From Callorhinchus milii (lineage: Eukaryota), in the NCBI RefSeq assembly GCF_018977255.1, contig NW_024704743.1, forward strand, positions 82,896,001-82,960,000: a DNA stretch of 64,000 nucleotides, given 5' to 3'. The translations under genes and the position numbers were made by a program. Under the pieces are notes generated by a model. The model saw only the letters and a program-made list of their open reading frames with translations, did not search any database and had not been told where the DNA came from. This document shows, piece after piece, positions 1 through 10,456 of this stretch (position 1 is its first letter; every line of letters begins with the position of its first letter).

Positions 1-24
1 GCTGACAGTCAATTTCACAGCTTA

Positions 25-200
25 AAGTTGTTTCTTTAAATGAATCCAGTGATCTGGCATTAACCACATTTCCTATTAACCCCATTCCAACTGTTGAATA
101 CTCTTTGTGAAAAAAAATATTCTGGTGTTTGTTCTAAATTTTTTCTTCACAACCCTAAACCTTCTTGTTTTGCTCCTTAACACATTTGAAAGTATTCTGG
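25..200 (-). mobile_element. CR1 LINE ORF2 C-terminal relic
   Basis: Reverse strand resembles the CR1 'FFTQRV..WN.LP..VV.A.SL..FK' segment seen on + at 48895-49222; heavily decayed. Confidence 0.55.
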
Positions 201-225
201 GTTTTATGATCTGCCTTTGGTCGGT

Positions 226-511
226 AAATACTGGCCTGTTTCATGTTGCCTGACCTATTTTCCCCATTATTGGCAGACGGGCTTTCAGCCATTCTGCCCC
301 ACTCTCTGGAACTCCATCAAAGTCTCTCCGACTCGCTCCCTCCTTCCTCTCTTTCAAGGCACGTTTCAAAATGTACCTCTTGACTGTACTTTGAATCAAT
401 TTTTCACGCCCCACCTCCATTCCCACACCCAACTTGGGTGCCCAGCCAGTAGTGTCAAGTGCTTTGCAACTTCCGAAATGAAAAGTACTATATAAATGTA
501 AATTATATTGT
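226..511 (+). mobile_element. L2 LINE 3' fragment
   Basis: GGGCTTTCAGCCATTCTGCCCCACTCTCTGGAACTC (GRAFS..AP.LWNS) plus a decayed L2 terminus (TACTATATAAATGTAAAT). Confidence 0.75.
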
Positions 512-1189
512 ATTTCTTTACAAACTAAATAATCCAGTCATCACTTAAAACTCATCTAATAGTGATTTCAGTTTTGTTGTTCTCCTCTGTACTGATGCCA
601 GGACCTGGACGGCCCATTCTTACTTTAGTGACCAGAATTGTACCGACTTTACTGTACAATTTGAGATGTCTTCTGGTGATTTGACCTGATTTGAGAATCT
701 AGCCCAGTATCCTGTTCACTTTGTTACAGTTGCATCATACTGCTTGGACATGCTGGGCGATGAGTGAACACCACAGACAGTGGGTGGCTAGGGCTGGAAT
801 GGGCTCAGCCCCATCAAGTCTCTCTACAGCTCATTTGTTTAAGGGGAGGTGGGAGAGGAAAGCCCTGAGAAGGACCACAGTTAATTTTCCAACCTGTGGC
901 ACCCGTAGGCCCTCTCTTGCCCCTCTTCCAGCTTGTTGGTGACACCCGCCCACCCAGTCCGGTGGGCTGCTCGTCGGGGTGTCCTCACCTCTGATTAGCT
1001 GATTGACCCCGACTGCTCCCCTGTCTTAAAGGGTACTGACGCTTTAATTAAGCTTCCCTCAGCCCCCAAAGAATATTTTCATCTGCCGCTTATGGTGAAC
1101 ACACATAGGACTTTTTCAATTTTGGGCCTGGTAAATTCTATTCCATCTATTCCATTATATTACATGTGCCTCCTAGTTTTTTTTTACAA

Positions 1190-1280
1190 TATATACGTAC
1201 ATTGCATTTATTTGTGTTGAACTTTATTTGCCAGAGTTCAGCCCAGGTGCATATCCTTTTGAGCTCTCTTTGTAATATCT
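1190..1280 (-). mobile_element. CR1 RT-domain relic
   Basis: Reverse strand reads LQRELKRICTWAELWQIKFNTNKCNV, similar to the CR1 'LQ.DLD.L..WA..WQM.FN..KCKV' motif. Confidence 0.65.
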
Positions 1281-1282
1281 TG

Positions 1283-1590
1283 AATGAGGCGAGGGAGGGA
1301 GCAAGTTAGAAGGACTCCAGGATGAGTTCCAGAGACTTAGACTGAAAACCTGTCTGCTGATGGTGGGGTAGTGGGGTGGAGGACATGAAGCAGGCTAGTG
1401 CTCACTGAGCAAAGGAAACCGCTAGGTTGGTCGGGTTTGAGGAAGTGACGGAGGTGACAGGTGGGGTAAGACCTTGGAGCGATTTAAAGGTGAGACTGAG
1501 TGCTGGGGGATGGGAAGCCAGTTGAGCCAAGCAAAGTAGGCTTGGAGAGTCTGATGTGGGTTAGAAAATGACTGCAAGGTTCTGGATAGT
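1283..1590 (-). mobile_element. L2 LINE 3' fragment (old)
   Basis: Reverse strand encodes WLNWLPIPQH and resembles the other L2 3' copies in the window. Confidence 0.65.
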
Positions 1591-3235
1591 CTTAAAACTT
1601 CGTTCAGCCGAATGCCAGACTCCGAACTGTGAATGGAACCAACCAGGCTGCTCACTCCACCTCATAGAACCGGCTTATTTGACCCTCAGCTCTTTCAATC
1701 CCTAAAGCCAATCCTTGCCAAGACCACTTTTCTATTCCTCGAGACCAATGCCCAAAGGAGTATAGTTAAAGTGATCCAAGCTTTCCCAAATAACTGCACC
1801 CTTGACTCCTTACTTGGGTCTGAATGTTTTCAAAAATAGTCCACCACCTGTCAGATTCTGGGCCTTCCAATTTTTGTGCAGGCTTTTCCTTTGAACACAG
1901 AAGAAATGCATATTGAGAGCAGATGATTTGGCCGACGAACTTTCAGTACGTTATAGGACATTACACCAAAATGTTCATTGTAATCTGCTTAACCCTTATT
2001 TATTACGTTGCATAAAAATTATTGTTCACATTTCTCTGATAGTTCAGCTTTGTGCACAAACAATCAGTAACTTCAGATCTATTCATATATGCAGCACTAC
2101 AGTGTATTAGTATTCATCCTGTGCTTTGGCATTTCTCTTCAAGTTAGGTTGTTTTGCATCTCGTGGCTGGTCCTCTTGAGAGGGAGTTTTTACTGCAGAG
2201 GCCATCTCTTGTTTGGGATCTCTTAAGCATATTGGGAGGGAAGCAGAAAACGGTGCTCTGACCTACCCAACCAAAATGGTCTACCAGTACTGACTGAAAG
2301 AAGTCAATGTTGGGACATTAACTGTAAAGTCTAGTGACTGTTTTTGTAGGAAAACATGGCAAGCAAGGTTCCACAAAAAGTTGAACATTTGATGTGGAGG
2401 ATTGCTAACCTCCATCTGAAGAACAGGGTTGACATATCATTCCTGCTGTGCCAGCACATGGAAAACCTGCTTTGATAATCTGCCTTTCAAACATTAGGAT
2501 TCTTCCAGCACTATACAATTCAACCCACCACAGGATTAATATCCTTGTTGCACTTATATGCCTAACTACAGTAATATCATTGTGGTATTTTCACGTCGTG
2601 AATTACAGTACTGATTGTTACAGGTATCTTCCCATTGGCTGCGAACTATCATTAAACTTAACATTGCATTTCTCACGCTCGGCATTTCAGAATGCCATCG
2701 CTCATGAAGTGACATTAACTTTGAATTGTAAAAGATCATAAAGCAGGCTTAAAACCTGTTTTACAGTGGGTACAATGCTTAGCCCCAGATGTTGTAATAT
2801 GGCTGCCTAGAAACAGCTCTTGTTTTGAGTAACCTGCCTTTCACTCTATCAGGAGAAGGCTGATTAAGTATTACTGACTGACAGTTTAATGAAATCAAGA
2901 ACGTTCAGTTGAAATAAACAGTCTCGGGATCATAACCTTTTGATGGTGTGCAATCAGATTCATGTCAGAATCCTTATGTAAAACTTCCTGCATACTTAAT
3001 CAAAAGGTTGCAAACCTGAGGCTGGCTCCTTCCAGCTGAACTGGAACGAATACATTTAAAAAAAAACAGTGTTTTTCTTTGACTGGAGGCATTGATTTCC
3101 GTGGACGTGTGAGACATGTTCCATTGCCGTTTAAGGGCTAAACAATTGAGGAGTAGCTTTTCATTATCCAGTATGTGACTTTTCTTGTTTTGTTTCTCCT
3201 GTACAGTAGTAAGATTTGAGGGGGGTTGAAAAAAT

Positions 3236-3545
3236 TTAAATAGCGTCTTTCACATGGGATAATATCCCAAGGTGCTGGCCGATCAAGGGTTTACACTTGA
3301 GCTGGGGGTTGGAATCAAGAGGGGTGGGGGCCAAAGAGGATGGGAGGATGACTGAAGGCACGGTCAAGGATTTGAAATGGACCTTGAAGGGGGCAAGGCA
3401 TAAGCATTCTGGGATGGAGTTCCAGATGGTGGGAGCAGAAAGATTGAAGATGGTGGGAGCAAAAAGATTGAAGGCCTGACCGCCTATAGTGGGGCAGGCA
3501 GGGTGGGGAACATGGAGCAGGCCAGTGCCCACCAAGGGTGACAGC
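3236..3545 (-). mobile_element. L2 LINE 3' end with an internal 24-bp tandem duplication (3424-3471)
   Basis: ORF 3236..3535(-) TGLLHVPHPACPTIGGQAFNL.APTIWNSIP; L2 terminus; AGATGGTGGGAGCA(G/A)AAAGATTGA occurs twice in tandem. Confidence 0.85.
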
Positions 3546-3708
3546 AGGAATTAAATATATAATTAATCTTTTAAATTGCGCAGAAAAGATGAACACGTAC
3601 ATCATTTAGATCCGAACATTCCATTTTTCTGCTTCTGGCCAGTGACATATTGGAGTTGGGATTAATGGATATGAGCAGTCCTTTTCTACTACTCCTTACC
3701 TATGATCC

Positions 3709-3965
3709 AGACAGTGGTAATAGTCAGGCTTTTCGACCATGCAGAGCTTCACAATTTATCTGGTTGGGGTTACTGGATAGCAAGTTGGAGTGAAGTAGAG
3801 ACTGACGCTGAATTTCTTTGTCTCTGTCACTCTCAGGGTCACTAAACCCAAGTGTATCACCACTCGCACATACCAGCTGACATCAAAGTAGAGCAGAGAT
3901 TGAACCTAGGACTTTACTGAATTCATGTGGCTCAGCATCCATACCTCATTGGTGCATTTAGCCAG
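3709..3965 (-). mobile_element. Ancient tRNA-derived SINE, MamSINE1-like
   Basis: Reverse-strand B-box-like GGTTCAATC; body collinear with copies at 5866, 17895, 19150, 20240 and 27652. Family name recalled from memory. Confidence 0.55.
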
Positions 3966-5039
3966 AATCATGAAGGAAGCAAACTCTGCATTTAAATACA
4001 AATGATAAAAATTGATTTAGATTTAATTGGTCTTATGCACTAATAGGCTTCATATGCCAAAAAAATGCTGCTGAAATTAATGTATGGTGGAAGTATCCCA
4101 TTGTACCCTCTGAATACTACCATCGCCAAGCAATTGTGGGTATTGCACTACTGACCCTCTCTGACATTGTCTTTGGAAATCATAAAGAACTATGCTTTCA
4201 TGAAGGTCTATATTCAGACCCACACAGCAGATGTCAAAGTTATGGTATATGACAAAAGAAAAGTCACACCTTGGTATAAGCTACATGCTGTTTGTAATTG
4301 TTATGTGCTGCCTGAGTAAGAGCTTGATGTGGTAAAATCTATAAATCACAGTGGGTTATAATTTGCACCGTCAGTTCTGAGAAGTGCATCAGTTGATGAC
4401 ATCCTTAGTCAAAAAATGCCCCAATTATAGGTTTGTTGGCCTATTGCAGGTACAGAGGTACTATTCTGAAAGACCACCTATCTACAGTGCCCTAACAGAA
4501 CAATGACTGAGATTCATGCATGCTTGGACACTGCCTCTATATGAAGACCACCTGATGTCATTCCAAATGGTGGGCATTCAAGTTGTTTTGTTCTTTCAGA
4601 AGTTTATTTAAAGAAGCCACTTCTCTTGTAGCAGTGTGCAATTTGTTGTAACCAGCAGGATCAGCCATGGTGTGAAATTCTTTGGTTAGTTAACAAGAAA
4701 GCTGCCAGAACAATATGTGAAATTTGCTACATAATGCCAGGCTAATGTAGGGTGTACGACTTGTTGCTTCATGACAGTATTACAAACGTACTAATGGGGA
4801 CTTTTAACTAGCAAAGAAAGTCCATAAGGATAGCACTCTGGACTTATCAGAGTTATCAGGACTTATCGGCGTATGTTTGCTTCCAGATTCAGTACGCAAG
4901 GAAGCCCACAAAGGGCTGTTCTCTCTTTCACTTTGTTCTTGTCATTAACTTAGACACTATTCAAAGAGAAGTAGTTAAACCATTAGGGCAAGAGTGACCG
5001 TAGCTCAAGAAAATTCAATCTGATTGGGAACAGTACAAG

Positions 5040-5552
5040 CATGCCTTGACAAATCCAATGCCCTCCTCGCCAGTCTCCCCAGCTCTACAGTCCACAAAAT
5101 AGAATTCAAAAAAATTTACGTCCACATACTCACCCTCACCAAACTTCATACCCCCATCACACAAGTCCTTGCCAGGCTCAACTGGCTCCCTATCACAGAG
5201 TGGATCGACTTCAAGATCCTTACCCACTTGTCTACAAATATTTCATACCCTGGCACTGCCTTACCTGTCCGACCCACTCCACTACCTGTCGACTCTGCTC
5301 GGCTTGTCCCTTGTCCCCTCTGCTGCACCATCGGCGGCAATGCTTTCAGCCACTATGCGCCCAAACTGTGGAACTTTCTCCCTCAATCCATCCTCCTTGC
5401 CTCCTTCCCCATTATCAAATCACCTGAAGGACTTGCTCTTCGACAATGCCTAGAGACACCTCCCCCTTCCCTGACTCAGCATAAAGCTCTGCCACTGTTA
5501 AGCGCTCCAAGACCTTGTGTGAAGGATGCATATAAATGCAAGTTGGTGCTGT
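5040..5552 (+). mobile_element. L2 LINE ORF2 C-terminus plus 3' UTR
   Basis: ORF 5024..5554 LDKSNALLASLP...PITQVLARLNWLPITEWIDFKIL...IGGNAFSHYAPKLWN; ends ATATAAATGCAAGTTG. Confidence 0.85.
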
Positions 5553-5865
5553 AATATCCTCGGGCTCTAATATATGGAAATTTGTAACTGGATTTCTTCA
5601 AAAGGAACCCAAGTTGAGACTTTATTCAGCAAAAAGAGACTTTTTTGGCAACAGTTATGGTAGCTCTTCTTCAAAAGTAGATAAATTTAACATGTTTAAA
5701 GATATTGATAGAACTTGCTCAACTTACTGTCACGTGAGAAAAATGTCTCCTTTATCTTAGTGTTTCTCTAACCAATTTCTCTTACCATTATCTATGTTTG
5801 AATATAGGTAGAGAGGGTTGGCAGATTGATTGGCATTGTTTCTGTTTGTGCTTAAAGCGATGAAT

Positions 5866-6085
5866 TGGCAGGCAGGGTCTCGAGTCAAGGCTGAACCTGT
5901 TCTTAACTGATGTCCACACACAAGCATTTAGCAACAAGATTCACCGAATAATGTTCGAGTTCTGGAACAGTTTTTTTTCATCTTGCTTCCCCCACTATAA
6001 CTCAAGAGCATTGAATTCAATAGCACCTCATGTGTTGCTGTAACTGTGATCAGCTAACTCACCACAGACCAAGGATCCAAACCTA
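5866..6085 (-). mobile_element. Ancient SINE, MamSINE1-like
   Basis: GATCAGCTAACTCACCA (6048-6064) is the exact reverse complement of 17949-17965; the flanks are collinear with the other copies. Confidence 0.55.
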
Positions 6086-6094
6086 ACTACATAT

Positions 6095-6478
6095 TCCACC
6101 CCCACAAAGCCCCAATTCAAGTATTTACCAGGCTCCCCGAACTGATCAACCCCTTGCCCGGGGCATCCTTGCCCGGCTTCACTGGCTCTCCATCCCTGAG
6201 AGAATCGAGTTCAAAACCCTCATTCTCACCTTCAAAGCCCTCCACGATCTTGCTCCCCCCTACTTCCATGACCTCCTAACCCCATATCAGCTTGTCCGCT
6301 CCCTCCGCTCGGCGGACACCGATCTGTTCCAAGTCCCCTGCACTTTCGGCCCCACCATTAGCAGTCAGGCATTCAGCATCTCTGCCCCTGCACTCGGGAA
6401 CTCTATCCCTCAATTCCTATCCCTCACACCGTCTCTTGCCTCCTTCAAGTCTTGTCTAAAAGCTGATCTCGTCACCAG
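6095..6478 (+). mobile_element. L2 LINE ORF2 C-terminal fragment
   Basis: CTTCACTGGCTCTCCATCCCTGAGAGAATCGAGTTCAAAACCCTC translates as LHWL.IPERIEFKTLILTFKALH.LAPPY. Confidence 0.85.
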
Positions 6479-6822
6479 AGCAGCTCAGGATCTGAGTAGA
6501 GACCTGATGTGATCCGTCCTCATTGAGAGCAGATACGTGAGTAACTTGAAACCTTGTAAAATGAGAGGGAATGGAAAGTACATGGAACAAAAGTACACCC
6601 ACAGACTTTCATTCTCCTTTAACATGCTAAATCATAATGCGAGTAAAATCAAATTAAATAATAATCCTTGCATTTCATATACTGTAGCACATTATTATGT
6701 TGAGACATCTCAAAATGCTTCACAGTAGTTATTTTTAAGTGTAGTGAGTGTGTACTTATTTGTCAGCAAACATGGCAACCCATGTATGCACAACAATAGC
6801 CCACCCACAGCAAGGAGATGAA

Positions 6823-7165
6823 TCAACAACAACAATAATTAATTGCACTTATATGGTGCCTTTCACGTCAGGAGGACATCCCGATGAGCTGGAGATTGGA
6901 TTCGGGAGGGGTGGGAGCCAAGAGGGTTGGGGAAGGTAGGTCAAAGAGTAAGATCTTGAGACGAGCCTTGAAGGAGGCGAGGGAATGGGTTAAACAAAGG
7001 GAATCTGGGATTGAGTTCCACAAAGTCGGGGCAGGAAGGATATAGGCTGATCATTGATGGGGGCGGGGGGCAGATAAAGCAGGAGACGTGAGGCAAGCCA
7101 GTGTCTGACGAGCAGGGGGTGATAGGGTTTTAGAAGGTCACAGAGATAGAGTGGGGCAAGATTGT
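6823..7165 (-). mobile_element. L2 LINE 3' end
   Basis: (CAA)n tail followed by the reverse L2 terminus TGCACTTATATGGTGCCTTTCACGTCAGGAGGACATCCC; IHNLAPLYLCDLL on the minus strand. Confidence 0.8.
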
Positions 7166-7244
7166 GGATCGACCGACGAAGATCATGATCTCGTATTACC
7201 AACTCCCTTTTTTTTCACATAATGTCATGGATTCTTCAGAGTCC

Positions 7245-7415
7245 AGCTCAACAGGCTGCTGGGTTCTTGGTTTAATGTTTCATCTGAAGGACACCATGAT
7301 AGTGCAGCCAGTATTCCTCCAAAGCCTGGATAGTACTGTTATCCAAGACCTTGATCTTAAAAGTCTCAACCTAACAACCTTCTGGCTCAGAAGTGAGACT
7401 GCTACTAGCTGAGCC
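7245..7415 (-). mobile_element. Old SacSINE1-like DeuSINE 5' portion
   Basis: Reverse complement resembles the head and body of 46673-46840 (GGCTCAG...TCTGAG.CAGAAGGTTG). Confidence 0.55.
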
Positions 7416-8554
7416 AATTAACGTTAACATATTCATATGGTCGTGAATGGCCACTGAGTTGCTGTAATCTAGAATCGTATGCATTAGTTCATTTAATCAT
7501 GTAAATAGGTGCTTTATTTAAGAATCCAAGACAAATGTTTCAAAATGCCTGGGATATATTTGAAATATTGAAGATGCATTTGAAACTGACTGAGGAGCTA
7601 AAACTTGGAAAAACTAATGGTAAACACACTTCAGTACAATAATGACATCCCATATGAAATGAATAGAAAGTAATATGAGGATTTTAAATCTTGTGGTAAT
7701 TGGATTATGCTATGAAACATGATAATGAGAAATCTCCACTTTTACAACTGTTATTTTAGCAGAAGTCCAGGAGATACTCTGTCCAATACTCTGTAACAAT
7801 TTAATCTAACAGTAGGGAATTTAGAAATTGAATTGGACCTGTCCAGTGAGATAGCTCGAGTTTTAGTTCTTACTATAGTTGCAGTCAAATTAATTTATTC
7901 AATCAGATGACCAGATTTTAATATACCTACTGTACTGCCAAGATAAAGTGATACAAAGAATATTGGCAGGACTTGGTAGTTGGAGTCAACCCTTTCATTA
8001 ATACTTTATGGGTCACCGGAGATTACAGAGGCTTAAAGGTCTCTTCATATGAAAAGGTAGTTAATACCTTCTGGCACATTCAATGTGTTGCAGCTAATAT
8101 TAAACAAGAAAGTACCTTATTAAATGAATGAATGTGAAGAGAATGGTCAAAAACATTGGGATTCCAGATGAATCCAAACTGGCTGAAATTTGCCTTTTGC
8201 ACAGATCTTGAATAAGTCATTATGATGAAAGAAACCAGGCTAGAGGATATCATTTTTTTAAGCTAAAATATCTTACAGTTTTAGAAAGAATAATGATTAA
8301 TGTTTTATCTTTAAAGGAAAATTCCACTTTTATTAATATTTACAAAAATCCTTCTGCTTCAGCTATAACTGGACACCTCACATGTGAAGTGGTGCTTTGA
8401 GCTGGACTGATGCCAGTATAGTTTAACTGCAGCATAATCCTATCACACTTGCACCATTTGGGCATTTTATATTTGGTGAGTGACCACCTGCAGGAATTGA
8501 TCTCACAGCTCCCATGCTGCAGGTCAGCAGCAGATTGTTGTCCTATAGCTCGCT

Positions 8555-8930
8555 GAATCCTGTAGCTCAGTGGTTAGAGCACTTGCTTCGCAAGCGAGAC
8601 CTGGGTTCGATTCCCGCCAGGGCGAGATGTTGGGCACGTTTCCTTACTCCGCACGCCTCTGCTTATCTAGTAAGTTGGAACCCGGTTGTTAGTTTATTGG
8701 TGGATCGCTTTTCCAGGGGTAATAATTCCTTCAAAAACTATATAATAAATTGGACACTCAATCCACGACTGTTTGTGGGACACTGCTGTGCACAATTGGC
8801 TGCTCGTTTCGCCCACAAAATATACAGTCAATTCATTTTACAGTGTATTCTGTGAAGCGCTTTGGGACGTCTCGAAGATGTGATAAGGCGCTATATCAAA
8901 TGCAAGGATTATTGTTGTTATTATTATTAT
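8555..8930 (+). mobile_element. Full-length tRNA(Ala)-derived DeuSINE-type SINE (younger family)
   Basis: Box A TAGCTCAGTGG; anticodon-like TTCGCAA; box B GGTTCGATTCC; Deu-domain-like CTGTTTGTGGGACACTGCTGTGCACAATTGGCTGC; L2-like 3' end; (TTA)n tail. A close copy lies inverted at 57028-57396. Confidence 0.9.
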
Positions 8931-9294
8931 ATTGTGCATACCTTAAAATTCAAGAAGGATTCTGCGAGTCTGATAAGCTATCGTTAAGTTTCTAATGGCA
9001 GAAATAGGGTGGCTATTTCTGTCATGGGTAACAATGTAACTATTTCAGGGAGAAGTGATCCATCTGCCAAGACCTGTCAAGATCTGATAAACTGGTGGAA
9101 AAAAGCTTGATGAGCTTAATGGCTTCCTCCTGTTTTCATTTGCTCCTATTAGACTTACCCATCCAACTCCAAAAATATTTGATACCCTATTAACACTGAA
9201 TGCGTGTAATTTCTAATTGATCACGTTCCTTTTCCTTCTACCACCTGAGCTGGCAGTTTGTTCAATGTGTCTATCATCCTTTTACTAAACGGAT

Positions 9295-9510
9295 AGAATT
9301 ATACAAAGTTCTAGCACATAAACATATTTGGCACATCAAAAATCTGTGCTAGTGATTTTCTCCCTGTGTCCTTTAATATTCCTCCCCTTCAAGCATTCGT
9401 CTAATCCCTTTTTGAAGAATTTATGGACTCTGCTTTAACAACAGTTTTTGGCAAAAAATCCCACATTCCGATTATCCTCTGTGTAAAGACTTTTTTTCTA
9501 GCCTCTCCTT
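9295..9510 (-). mobile_element. CR1 LINE 3' relic
   Basis: Reverse strand resembles the CR1 ORF2 end and 3' UTR. Confidence 0.55.
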
Positions 9511-9594
9511 TACAGTAAAGAGTCTGATATTTGTACTAATTGGGATTAGCTTCAATACGGATAATAGGGCCATGTGTGGGTACGCCTCTCAAAC

Positions 9595-9712
9595 TGTGTG
9601 TGTGTGTGTGTGTGTGTCTCTCTAACAAGGTGTGTTTGTTTGTGTGTGTGTGTTTGCCTCTCTTAACTATCTGTGTGTGTGTGTCTGTTTGTGTGCCTAT
9701 CTCCGTCTGTGT
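9595..9712. repeat. (TG)n microsatellite and decayed TG-rich tract
   Basis: Directly visible TG runs. Confidence 0.9.
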
Positions 9713-10398
9713 CACTAATCTTGCATTTAACCAGAATCTTGTGATTGTCTCGTGCTTCTGATGCCGTCCTTCTCCATTAAAATTATGAACTTGTGATTCT
9801 GGATAATAATCCTTACATGTGCTACAGTGCCTTTCAAGTCAGCAGGACATCTCTAAACACTTCACATCTTATACTGTAAAGTGTAGTGACTTTTTTTGTG
9901 GGCGAGTGAATGGATACTTTTTTTTAAAAAGTGCAACTAATTAGATTTGTGGACCTGAATTTCATGTGGACTGAAATTCAAAATTTGGTGCAATCTTAAA
10001 TTTTCAGTTTTAAATTTGCCATTCACAAAGCATGAATTAATGTGGCTATAGATGCTGTTGTATACCACCATCATATCATTGAAGTACATGAATCATAGTC
10101 CCCCAATACAGAAATGGGAATGGGACTGAACAGCAGATGCACTTTTTGCCTGCCATACCTTATGATTTATACCAAAGCTGTTTTAGGATTATGGCAATTT
10201 TGCAACCAACTTGCAGGTTTATAGGTTAGGAGTTACAGAACAATATGTTTTGCAAAAGCACTTGGCTCAGAAGAAAGACAGAATGTGCTATCAAATTTTC
10301 AGATTGTTATGTTGGCAGCACCTCTCTTGTGGGGTAAAACTGTGGGGTCTCCTCAGCCGAGAACCAAATGATCTTCTTCTGTGCTGTAAATTTATATG

Positions 10399-10456
10399 GT
10401 TCCTCAAGTGAGCTGCAAGCATGGAAGTTAACATGCTTGCAGCTCACTTTGGGAAT
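10399..10456. repeat. Inverted repeat: perfect 18-bp stem with 8-nt loop
   Basis: AAGTGAGCTGCAAGCATG (10406-10423) and CATGCTTGCAGCTCACTT (10432-10449) are exact reverse complements; the stem extends with G:U pairs. Confidence 0.95.

Noticed and set aside
2341..2385. TAG|GAAAACATGGC (GKHG) as a possible upstream ZNF407 exon
   Set aside because: The surrounding translation does not fit, and the segment is a reverse DeuSINE relic. The upstream exon appears to lie outside the window.
8555..8630. tRNA-Ala(CGC) gene
   Set aside because: Poor acceptor stem, and it continues directly into a SINE body and tail; the same applies at 22817 and 57396.
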